Under the pieces are notes generated by a model, which saw only the letters and a program-made list of their open reading frames with translations, did not search any database and was not told the origin of the DNA. Shown piece after piece: positions 49,490 to 61,594 of a DNA stretch of 64,000 nucleotides. Where the stretch lies: the NCBI RefSeq assembly GCF_963921235.1, contig NC_086118.1, positions 22,012,001-22,076,000 of the forward strand. The letters run 5' to 3'. The stretch comes from Mobula hypostoma (Eukaryota). Each line of letters begins with the position of its first letter. Position 1 is the stretch's first letter. The position numbers and the translations under genes are program-made.

Positions 49490-49900
49490 GCTGGCGGAAA
49501 TAAGGGTGGAGGGAGTGACACAGGCAAAGGAAAGTGTTCTGTGATTAATGGGTGGACCTGGAGTAATGATGTTCGCAGTTTGGGGGAGCAGGGGTGACTG
49601 CCTTAATCTGGGATGGAGTTAATGGGAGGAAGCGGGAGGGTGGGAAGGGGAGGTTGGGTGGTGGGAGTGGGAAAACAGAAGCGCTGGATGGGAGCTGAGG
49701 GGTGGGCTAAATGAGGAGGGAGGCCACAGAGATGGAAGGGTGGGGTACAGAAAGGAAGACAGGGTCAGTGTTGAGAGAGAGGGAGGACTGAGGGAGGTAA
49801 GGGGGATGGATAAAGAAAACAGTTAGGGAAGTTAGGAGAGGATATTAGGATGATGGCTGGTGGTGGTGAGGAAAGTGATGTGGATAAAATGATTAAGTAC
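49490..49900. repeat. Purine/G-rich low-complexity tract
   Basis: Dense GGG runs on the + strand. Confidence 0.6.
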
Positions 49901-50506
49901 ACATGTGTGGGTGGAGTTATGTCTCTACAGTAGAGCTTGGTCTCCAGTCATACTATATTGTCATGCCACCAGATGAAGAACACTCCCTGTCAAGTCCACA
50001 GGCTTCCATTCCATTTACATCTGGAATGGAAGCATATCATTCTTGACCCCAATGGACTCAATAAGAGAGGAGAGATGACCATGAGGTAAGAGGTCAGGGT
50101 GTATATCTGGAGGAATTCCTGATCAACAGATTAAGGGAGATTAATAGGTTGAGGCGGTATTGGGGGTCAGGGCCTGAGTTTCAGCGTTGTGATGAGAGCT
50201 GAGTCTGGTAGTTGGAACTGGAGTTGCGCTGGCGTCTGTTGAGGGAGCCTGATCAAAGATGAGAAGAGGCAATTTCGCTATGGTTCCGGTTTGGCTCTGT
50301 ATTGTGAGACTAAGCTGCACCAGGAACCCTCAACAATGGCCAATCCCTGAACAACTTGTCCCAGTAATCTCAACTATGCTACAAAAGATACCATTCAATG
50401 CACATCTGGAAATTATTTATTGTGTCCCTGCAATATACACTCAGTGGCCACGTGTACTTGTACCTCAGGGTATCTCATGAACCTAACAAAATGGCCACAG
50501 CATGCA

Positions 50507-52779
50507 CAGTGCCTATAAAAAGTATTTCCACCCCCCCACGGAAGTTTTCATGTTTTATTGTTTTACAACATTGAATCACAATGGATTTAAGTTGGCTTTT
50601 TTGACACTGATCAACAGAAAAAAGACTCTTTCCTGTCAAAGTGTAAACAGATCTCTACAAAGTGATCTAAGTTAATTACAAATATAAAACACAAAATAAT
50701 TGATTGCGTAAGTATTCACCCCCTTCAAGTCAATAATTAGTAGATGCACCTTTGGCAGCAATTACAGCTTTGAGTCTGTGTGGATAGGTGTCTATTAGCT
50801 TTTCACATCTGGACGCTGCATTTTTCCCCCATTCTTCTTTACAAAACTGCTCAAGCTCTGTCAGATTGCATGGGGATCGTGAGTGAACAGCCCTTTTACA
50901 AGTCCAGCCACAAATTCTCAATTGAATTGAAGTCTGGACTCTGACTTTACCACTCCAGGACATTAACTTTGTTGTTCTTAAGCCATTTCTATGAAACTTT
51001 GGCATTATGCTTGGGGTTATTGCCAAGCTAGAAAACAAATCTGCTCCCAAGTCACAGTTCTCTTGCAGATTGCATCAGTTTTCTCCAGGATTTCCCTGTA
51101 TTTTGCTGCGTGTATTTTACCCTCTATCTTCCCAGCCTTCTAGGGTATGCAATAGTGAAACATCCCCACAGTATAATGCAGCCACCACCATGCTTCACTG
51201 TAGGAATGGTGTGTTTTTGATGATAAACGGTGTTTGGCTTATGCCAAACATAACGTTTAGTCTGATGGCCAAGAAGCTCAATTTTGGTTTCATCAGACCA
51301 TTGAACCTTCTTCGAGCTGACTTCAAAGTCCCCCTTATGCCTTCTGGCAAACTCTAGCTGAGATTTCATGTGACTTTTTTTCAACAGTGGCTTCCAGGCG
51401 GGAGGAGAAGATGGCAGCGTGACGCCATGATATCATATTTGTAAGTAGGATGCCATGCACAATTCTGATTTAATGGAGAGAGACGTGAGAAGCACAGAGG
51501 AACATCTCGAGAAACTTCTGAAATGCCTGGTTCGTTGCCGCTGCTACTGTGCGATTGAGAATCTCCGGAGGGAAGGCCCCAAAATCCCCGGCTTTGCCTG
51601 CTGCTGGCGACCGAGGCTGGGGTCGAAGCATTCAGCAGAGATGGGGCTTGGTACTCAGTGTCGGAGTGCTGGTCGGAGGCTCAAAGTTTTCGGACGACTC
51701 AGAGTTGGACTGTGGTAGCGGGAATGGCAGGGAGAGTTTTCTTCCTTCTCCCGTCTGCGTGAGATGTGGGACTTCCGAGAGACTTTGAACTTTTTACTGT
51801 GCTCATGGACTGTTCTTCATCAAGTTATGGTATTGTTGCACTGTTGTAACTATATGTTATAATTATGTGGTTCTTGTTAGTTTTTCAGTCTTGGTCTGTC
51901 CTGTGTTTCTGTGATATCACACTGGAGGAATATTGTATCATTTCTTAATGCATGCATTACTAAATGACAATAAAAGAGGACTGCGTGTCCTCATAACCTA
52001 ATCTAATCTGATCTCTTTGCCACTCTCCCATAAAACTGTGACTGGTGAAGCACCCAGGCAGTAGTTGTATGCACAGTCTCCCCCATCTCAGCCACTGAAG
52101 CTTGTAACTCCTCCAGAGTTGTCACAGGTCTCTTTGTAGCCTTCACTACAGGTCCCCTTCTTGTATGGTCACTCAGTTTTTGGCCTCTAGACAGATTTAC
52201 AGCTGTGCCGTATTCTTCCCATTTCTTGATGATTGACTTAACTGTACTCCAAAGGGCATTCAGTGGCTTGGAAATTACCTTGTATCCATCTCCTGACTTG
52301 TGCTTTTCAATCACCTTTTGCGGAGTTGCTTGGAGTATCCTTTTGTTTTCATGGTGTAGTTTTTGCCAGGATACTGACTCACCAGCAGTTGGGCCTTCCA
52401 GATACAGGTGTACTTTCACTACAATCAATTAAAACACCTCTCCAAAAGCAGAGGCTGCACACAGCTCCCCAAAAACAGATCTGCATTTAACTAATTATGT
52501 GACTTCTAAAATCATTTGTCTGCACCAGTGATGATTTGGTGTGTCATATAAAGGGGGGTTGGGTGGGTGAATACTTATGGAATCAATTATTTTGTGTTTT
52601 ATATTTGAAATCAATTTAGATCACTTTGTAGAGATTTGTTTTCACTTTGGCATGAAGGAGTCTTTTTTCTGTTGATCAGTATCAAAAAAGCCAAATTAAA
52701 TCCACTGTGATTCAATGTTGTAAAACAATAAAATATGAAAACTTCTGGGGAGAGGGAGGAATTCTTTTTATAGGCACTG
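50507..52779 (-). mobile_element. Full-length decayed Tc1 DNA transposon with about 220-bp IR/DR termini
   Basis: TIR CAGTGCCTATAAAAAG... at both ends with an inner repeat AAGTATTCACCC. Transposase fragments: [58 protein letters not shown]. Confidence 0.95.
51395..52012 (+). mobile_element. Second copy of the YY1-headed non-autonomous retroposon, inside the Tc1 transposase
   Basis: Colinear with 12031-12717. The Tc1 sequence rejoins across it (GTGGCTT|CTCTTTGCC). Confidence 0.85.
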
Positions 52780-55671
52780 AATGTTCATGGGTTTCTGCTG
52801 CCGTAGCCCATCCACTTCAAGGTTCGACATGTTGTGCATACAGAGACGCTCTTCTGCACATCACTTTTGTAATGTGTGGTTATTTGAGTTATTGTCACCT
52901 TTCTGTCAGCTTTAACCAGTCTAGCCATTCTCCTCTGTCCTCTCTCATTAACAAGTCATTTTTGCCCAGAGAACTACTGCTCTCTTTCTCACACAATTCT
53001 CTAGAATGTTGTGTGTAAATATCCCAATTGATCAATAGTTTTTGAGATACTCAAACCACTCCATCTGGCACCATCAAGGTCACTTAGGTCATATTTCTTC
53101 CCCATTCTGATGTTTGTTCTGAACAACAACTGAACCTCATGACTATGTCGGCATGCTTTTCTGCATTGAGTTGCTGTCACATGATTGGCTGATTAGATAT
53201 TTGCATTAATGGCCATGTGTACAGGTGTACCTAATAAAGTGGCCACCGATTGCACACAAACAAGTTGCCTGGTTAAAATGCTGAAGCATTAGAAAATGAC
53301 CCTGGAATGGCTTACTCCCTGGTAAGTTCACTTTCAGTTGCAGAGCCCTGAATTTAACAACATGATGGATGTTCATTTCTTGGATTAGACAGTATGTGGG
53401 CAAACAGTAATAGATTAGAGTAAATGGTTATGTCTTGAATGGAAAGGAAATCTGCCTGTTTCGTATTGAAATGTTTTGTTAAACAGATACAGATTTTAAC
53501 TTTTGTAGTTGTTAATAATATGATCCATAAGCTACAATGCTCTGAAGTGACTAATCTAATTGATGTTCTGAACTGTATGAAAGGAAATTATTTGCATGAG
53601 TGAATAAATAAGGGTATGGAATCTGGCTGGAGAGAAATTCTCGGGTATATTGTTGCAACCAAATGTTGAACTATAGGACAAACTCGACAAAGATGGACTA
53701 ATGAAAAGTATCAGTCCTTTGTTGGGAATTCACACAGTTAAAAAAACGAATTATTACAGATTGAATCCATTATTTGATTGGCAACCTGATGTTTTTTGAT
53801 TAACGTTGCAGGAATTGTGTTTGTACAGTGCTAAAGATTCCTATCTTAAAACTAAAATCCAGTCTTCACTGACGTAGTTTCACTTAAAGCTCAAAAGAGA
53901 AAGAGAAGCTGAGGCTGAATGCTGAATATTACAACAAGTGATACAGAATATCAGGCTCTTACCAGTTTCAATGAATCCTCCGCAGAATAAACGTGTTGGT
54001 TGGTGTCACTCATGGGATGAAAATAATCACAGAATCCAGATTTGCAAGAGTTGCTTCAGAATGACGTGCTCTCATAATGCTATGACTCGTGTTATTGCAT
54101 TGCTGCTCTTTGTCATAATCCTGATAAATAAACTTTAAATTGATTTTTGGTATGTGCAAATACTTAATCACAGCTAAGTCGGTAGGCCTGAATAGACATT
54201 ATCATAGGAACTCAGAAACATTAGGTTTATTTTTTCCCATGTTACCTGTTTGACCACCTACCGATCTTTCCTGAAGCGGAAGGTGACCATTTCAGGGTTG
54301 AATCTTTCCACCAACATTCCAGGACACTTCTGACCAAGGCTGACCTTTGTGCATCAGATGCAATGTCTGCATCAGAATATAGCAACTGCCATCAAACCCA
54401 GTGTAATGCTCCTTTAACTAGATACATTAGTTCACATCTTCAAGCATCCTTTGATCAGTTCACTATGGGCAATGCGCCTCTTCAAATTAGGACCCCAGTC
54501 CAGAAGGTTCCATTATCCACCTCTATTTCTTAGAGGCGTCTCCCAATACCAAGCTCACTGCACCAAGTCCCGACTTTATTGGATAGGATGACTTCAATGG
54601 GTTAGAAGGGCACACAGATTTTCAAACACAGCCTTGCTGTGAAGTGGAGAGGAGCTGAAGGTTCTCTACCCCAGAAAGCTAAAAAACCCTCCAAGCACAT
54701 GATGAAGTGGGGGTAGAAATGTATCCATGTAGGTGAAAGTTATGTCTGCTGCCAGAGACAGAAGTTGCTGCTATGTCACTCATGGTCACCATTACCTAGA
54801 TGGCCGCTGGCAGTCTCATTGTGAACACCAAGAGTTATGATCATTAGCTTTTTTTAAAAAAAAGAAAACAGAGAACAGACAGTTAGTTAGGACATCGACG
54901 CCACACCAGTGACTTTTGTTGCCAAGAAACATGTGGAGAGGTCCAAGTCTGCCTCTAGTGTGAGACCAGGCATTCATTAACACTGTGCCTTATTGTACAA
55001 GTTTGACGCTCGTGGCTGGAGGGCTAGTTTCCATTCCAGTATTACACAAGTCTGCTGGATGTGTGCTGCCAATTTCTTTTTCCTGGAATGGAATTCATAT
55101 TGGATTGACTCCAGCACAAACTTATAAAAAAAAGTGAAGGGCAAAGGTAGTTTCAACAACTCTTTAAGAAAGTTGCTCCAAAAACTGCTTACTCCAAAGG
55201 TTAATTTTTTTCTTTAAATCTATTTGTTTTAACATTATTCTTCTCCAAATTAAAATCTTTTCAGTAAAAATTCTATTGTAAATGGTTTCAAGTTGAAAGA
55301 ATTTACCAGGTGAAATTCATTTTGTGTAAATAATAAGGGGGGAAAGCCCATTATTAGACAAAATGGGAACCAATTTTATATCATTGATAACTATGTTTAT
55401 GCATTTTTCTAATTAGCAGTAACCTCTGCTCCAGCACAGCTCAATATGTTAACATAAAACATCCCTTTTTTGGCTTTTTTCTGTGCTTGATACTGCCCCT
55501 TTCTTGATTTGAAACGGTTCATTAGTGTTCTATAACAAGAAGCCTAAATGAAAAATAGACAGCCACAAAGGATGAGATTTGATGGTTCCATTTATGTTTT
55601 GTTAAAGACCAAAAAAGACTCCCTGGTTGAGTTGTGTTTAACCAGGTAGAGAGTTTGACACCGGCCTTATG

Positions 55672-55960
55672 GAGTGGCACAACAGTGTAGCGGTTAGCGC
55701 ACCACTTCATAGTTCCAGCTGTAAGATTAGGGTTCGATTCCTGCCACTGCCTGTTAGGACTATGTGTGTTTTCCCCGTGAGCACATGGTTCTCCTCTGAC
55801 TGCTCCAGTTTCTTCCCAAAGCCGTACCATTAAGGTAGGTGAGTTGTAGGCATGCTATGTTGGTGTCAGAAGCTGATTTGATTTGATGCAAATGATACAT
55901 TTCAGTGTATGTTTTCATGTAGTAGTAGTTTGATATACTAGTCACAAATAAAGCTAAACT
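55672..55960 (+). mobile_element. tRNA-headed V-domain SINE
   Basis: A-box-like CAGTGTAGCGG, B box GGTTCGATTCC, and a V-like core TGTGTTTTCCCCGTGAGC. Confidence 0.78.
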
Positions 55961-58689
55961 TTTAAAAACATAGTATTGAGCTTAATATTGAAAAGTGTGA
56001 CCCTTTGCATTTACATAGCAGGAAACCACTAAATAATTTTCACTCTCTTCTGAATGTGGTAATTTAACCTGTGGTTCTATCGGTATCTACCACATTCTTG
56101 CACAATGTTCTTAACCTATACACTATGATGAGATACACTTACAGCTCTCAATGTGATGTGTGAAGTGTACATAAAACGTTCCAATCTCATATCTAATTAA
56201 ATAATGTTTTGTATTGGTTGACTGACAGTAGTCCAATGTAAATCATTATTCCACAGTTGCTCTCACTTTTATATGGCCAAGTATCAACCAGACACATTTG
56301 AAGTGAGAAAACTTAATAAAAAACACACAAAAGCACATCTGAGCTGTTGTAATGCACTGATTGAACATAACTACACAATCTTCCCGCTTTAAGGCAGACT
56401 TTCTTCATAAAATGGAAGCCACTGTTCATTCCACAGAAGTAAATTGTTACTGAAACCTCATAGTAGTGTTTTATAACAAATCAAGGATATTGTATTTAAT
56501 TTGCCAATTGCTACGCAATAATTCATAACAGTGTGTGACATTATCTCTTGTCCCATGTGACTATCTCTTCATGATGAACTTCCAGTCAAAAAAATTCACA
56601 TCCTTAAGCAGTAAGGAAAAGTTCCTCAAGATATGCAGTCATGCTACTTCCAGTGCCAAACACCTTGCTATAATTATGACAATTATGTTAAAGCTTTAGT
56701 ACCATTTAACTGATTTATGGAGGAATGAAGCACTTCTAACTCACAGTAAAAGGATTAAGTCTAATGTGCTGCAGACTCACAGCTGAGGGGAAATGTCAGT
56801 TTTCATGCGGTGGAGTGAAGCTGCACTAGCATGTGACAATGGTAAATTCCTTTACTCAGGGCTTATCATTTAAACAGAGAATACTGCAAAACTCCGTAAT
56901 GTGATTTAGCAAGTTAGGAAAAAGAAGAGCCAGAAGTCTGAATATTTGTCTCTCAAAGATGCTGCTAAAAATATTAGAGCCAGTAAAAAAACAATTAATT
57001 TGACATGACTATTTCCCTGTTGTAACTGAATCTGCACTGCTGTAAACTTTAAATAATTTACTTGCTCTGAGTTTTGTTTAGTGTGAGCTGCAGAAGGGTT
57101 TTGTTTGGTCCTCTAAGGGCAGCTGGTTTTAGCTTTTCTCCCACGCTGACAGAGATCAGGCTGACAACCCATTTATGGGTTGAAGGGAAATCCGGCTCCC
57201 TGACAGCTGCATCCTATCACCATGAGAACAGAACAGGCTCTCAGTAGCTTTTTCTGTTAACCCTACTTAGCCTCTCCTGCAGCAGCAGAGTGGAGCCAGA
57301 GGGAGGATGATGGTATGAAGTGATAATGATCGAACATCTGCTGTCACTGTGGTGCATGTCAGAGTATGCTTCCCTTTTCTTTAAAAATACATAGATCAAA
57401 ACCTGTTGAGTTCTGGTCTGACGGCAGCTAACTATAACAAGCACACCTGTCAATTTACTAGATTTAGGGGCGCAAGCATCATGCCAAGAAAAGGTTATTG
57501 AAACATTTAAGATAAAATGTTAAACTCATATAAATTCTGCTGCAGTCAAGCCAGTCATTTATCTCAGCAAATCTGCAGAGTCAAATAGTTCCAAATATAA
57601 TGCACAGAAACTTCTCACACCTACTGAGATACTCATCCGAGTTTTTTAGCTAATCAAGTCACCAGGAAATGTTTAATGAGATTCAAGAGTCTTGTGGCAC
57701 AGCTCTCATGAAGGTGGTAGACTAATCCATTCAGTTAAGCATAATTTTTAGTCAGGGTGAATAAGAACATTGCCTGATTTTACTGGAAATCAGAACAACA
57801 GCAGCCAGTACAGTTTCTCAGACCTGTACTTCGTAATTAAAATTCTACATCTACAGTTTCCCACTCTGTCCTTTAGAGCTTAATTCCCGTTGTGGCAAAA
57901 AATCTGAAAGCAAAGCATCAACTGGCCACTATAATCTAGAGCAGAGAATCAGCCCATATGGAATCCAATGAGACTGCATGACACACTTGAACAACCCTTA
58001 AAATTCAGAAAAATTCTGTGCACTATTGTATTTTTCATGCCTCCCTGTCACTTCCCTCCTGATTTTGCTGTCGCTCTCAGTCTTCCAGTCTCAGGAAATT
58101 GGCTACATATAATCAGGCATCCTTTGTGTAAGGTAATTACATCTAACTTGCTTAATTGTCTTTTCTCAATCTAAACTGGTGTTGCTGTTTTGACCCAGCT
58201 GATTTTTTACTGTTCATTTACAAATTGGGCTACTTTCCCTAAATACATTTTCTTCAGTGCAGCCTCTCATAAATCAGACTGCAATTCTGCATTTAAAGCA
58301 AGTGATAGCTTTTCAGATGCCATGCATCTAGGTTAATGTACACCCGCCAACTTGGCCACTTCGACTGGTGCCATTTTGTGTTTAGCAGAGAATTATGGCC
58401 AAATTATTGTTTTCATATGGTGAGTTCACAATCACATCATTTATAGTTAATAAGTAGGTTTACTAAATCATTCTTTACAGCTGCATTTTCTGATAATCAT
58501 TTGTTGCCAAATGATTTGAAATGCTTATGAATAAAAGAATGTTCCACTTCTAGCTGCTTTCTGGGGCTCATTTGAGTAGTGACTGTGTTGACTGTCTGGT
58601 CTAATGCAATCCTGTTGTCAGGCTGCAGGTGAACAAATGCAAAGTTCAGATCAAAATGGCAGAGATTGTACGTATGCTTCCATAGCTCT

Positions 58690-59157
58690 CCTAACCATTG
58701 AGCACACCTACATGAAATGCTGTCATAGGAAAGCAGCATCCATCATCAGAGACTGCCTCCATCCAGGCCAAACTCTTTTATTGCTTCTGTCGTCAGGTAG
58801 AGGGTACAGGGCCCTCAGGACCCATATCACCACGTTCAAGAACAGCTACTACCCCTCAACCATCAGGCTTTTGAACACAAGGGGATAACTACACTCACTT
58901 GTCCATCCATTGAGATGTTCCCACAATCACTGATCTCACTTTAAGGACTCATTATCTCATATTTCCATGATCTATTGCATTTTATTTACATTTGCATTTG
59001 CACCGTTTGTTGTCTTCTGCACTCTAATTGATCTTTCATTGATCCTGTTATAGTTACTATTCTATAGATTTGCTGGGTATGACCATTGAGAAATGAATCT
59101 CAGGGTTGTATATGGTGACATTTATGTACTTCGATAATAAAATTTACTTTTTGACTT
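58690..59157 (+). mobile_element. Rex1-type 3' fragment
   Basis: KAASIIRDCLHPG...SGRGYRALRTHITTFKNSYYPSTIRLLN plus 3' UTR. Confidence 0.85.
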
Positions 59158-59555
59158 GGAAAAAAATAGTAAGGTGATACAAAGTAGAATAAGAACAGTT
59201 AGGAGATGCAAAGTTTCCCAGGTGGATGGTTGGACCCTCGGGTGAGAAAGGTTTCAATTGGGATACGAGCGGTATCCTCCTTCCAGTATTCCCACAGCTT
59301 GAATATAGCAAAATTACAAGACATCATAAAACCTCCATTTCCCCTTACAACATCCATTCATTTCCTTATGACAGCAAAGACTCTTTGGTGAGATTGTTCA
59401 CTTGGCATGTAAGAGCATATTATTGCACTAACTGATTTAGAAATCTAATAGGGTTAGAACATAGCTAGCAGTTAAGAAAATGGGCTGCATTGAAACCTTG
59501 TGCAACATCAGCAGCTACAACAGATACATAAGTGCAATTACAATGAAAATATGGC

Positions 59556-60258
59556 AGCACGTCTACTTCCGTTGAAGTTTGAGGAGATTCAGCATGACTA
59601 AAACTTTGACAAACTTCTATAGAAATGTAATGGTGAGTATACTGACTGGTTGCATCACGGCCTATTATGGAAACATCAATGCACTTGAACGGAAAATCCT
59701 ACAAAAAGTAGGATATGGCGCAGTCCATCACGGGTAAAGCCCTCCCCACCATTGAGCACATTGACATGCAGCACTGTCACAGGAAAGCAGCATTCCATCA
59801 ACAAGGACTCTCAACTCACAAGCCATGCTCTCTTCTTCCTATTCCCATAGGAAGAAGGTAAAGGAGACTCAGGACCCACATTACCAGGTTCAGGAATAGT
59901 TATTACCCCTCAACCATTAGGCTCCTGAAGCAGTGGGGATAGCTTCACTCATATTCACTGAATTGTTCCCACAACCTATGGACTCACTTTCAAGGACTCT
60001 TCATCTCATGTTCCTGATGTTTATTTCTTTTTATTTATTATTATTATTATTACTATTTCTCTTTTTTATTTTGTATTTGCAGTTTGTTGTCTTTTGTACA
60101 TTGATTGTTCGTGCATCCTGTTGGGTGCGGTATTTCATTGATTCTATTATGTTTCTTGAATTTACTGAGGATGCCCGCAAGAAAGCTAATCCCAGGCGTG
60201 TATATGGTGAACTATATGTACATTGATAATAACTTTACTTTGAACTTTGAACTTTGAA
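59556..60258 (+). mobile_element. Rex1-type 3' fragment
   Basis: Decayed NFYR...SILTGCITAYYGN region; tail (TTTGAAC)n. Confidence 0.85.
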
Positions 60259-61311
60259 CATTACACCACAATGTGCCAGCTCATAGCCCCATTCTGGCAT
60301 TACAATCAAGCCTGGGGACCATAGTCCAGATGTAGAATGCATGTCAGGAGCAGCCTCAGACACACATCAAGGTAAGCTAGCTGACTCAGATGCACCCTGT
60401 AAACATAGCAAAGTTCAATTCAAAGCTCTGCCGTCCAACTGTATGTACTCATAAAGTATGATGGACAATCAAATACGAGCAGAAGGAGAAGGAACCTCTA
60501 TGAAAGTTCACATTCTCATTGATGATAGAAGCCAGTGCATGAAAGCAACAAAAAAAAGGCAAACCTGAAGAATCTCATGTAATGGGAAAAATGCGAATTT
60601 ATGTCCATCCATAAAAAGCTGGTTAAACCTAATTAAGACAATCAGAATTTGGTTAGTCTATTGTCAATCGTCAGAAAATGTCATGGGCTGTGTATCAAGT
60701 AGCACTTCCTTACCAATAACCACCTTACAGATACCCACTTTGGGTTCTTCATAAACAACTTAGCTGGAGAGCCTGTAACATGAAATAATAAGGTATGTTC
60801 CAGAGTAAATAGCCAGCTTTTGATATTGAATAGCCATCTGAGTGAGTGTGGTTTTATGGACTCCATGTAAAATCCATATCAATTGGAGTCAGAGAGCAAA
60901 GCAACTGGCAACAGCCATACCACACAAAGAAAGATAGTTGTCAATCATCTTAGCCTGAAAATGTTGCTCCAGGACTAAATTACTTTCTCTCTATTATGAC
61001 ATCAGGAAAAAGGATTTTTACTCCTGACTGTGCAGTGTTCATTTCAATTTGCATCTCCCCAGATCATGAAGCAACCTGTGCCTGGATGTAGCAAGGTATG
61101 GACAACCTTTAGATGGGGGTTTAGAAGTGGCATGTAACTTCTGTGCCAGATATTTGGCGGCAATGACGACGTTCAGCAACAAGTAGCTTATTAACACCTT
61201 TCTGACAGAGCCAGGGGGGTTTGCATGCTACATTGTAAAAATTGTTGCTCAGTCTGTATTGAATTGACTGATCTCACAGAGATAGGAAATTACTTTTTGA
61301 TTTATTATGTC

Positions 61312-61594
61312 ATGTACTCCATCATGAGCACTAGCCTCTGTAGTATCCAGAATATCTTGAAGGCGCAATGCCTCAAAAAGGCGGCCTCCATCATTAAGGA
61401 CCTCCGCCACCCAGGACATCCTCTGTTCCCATTACTACCATCAAGAAGGAGGTACAGGAGTGTAAAGACACACACTCATTGATTCAGGAACAGCTTCTTC
61501 TCCTCTTCTGAATGGATATTGACCCATGAACGCCACCTCACTATATTTTTATTCCTATTTTTTGCACTACTTGTTTAATTTAACTGTTTAATAT
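61312..61594 (+). mobile_element. Rex1-type 3' fragment truncated by the Gypsy LTR
   Basis: CLKKAASIIKDLRHPGHPLFPLLPSRRRYRS. Confidence 0.8.

Larger units (their letters stand above)
50438..53252 (-). mobile_element. Tc1-derived MITE (reverse orientation) interrupted by a Tc1 transposon
   Basis: Palindrome end at 50438-50506. The body at 52780-53252 is the reverse complement of 18589-19080. Confidence 0.82.
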
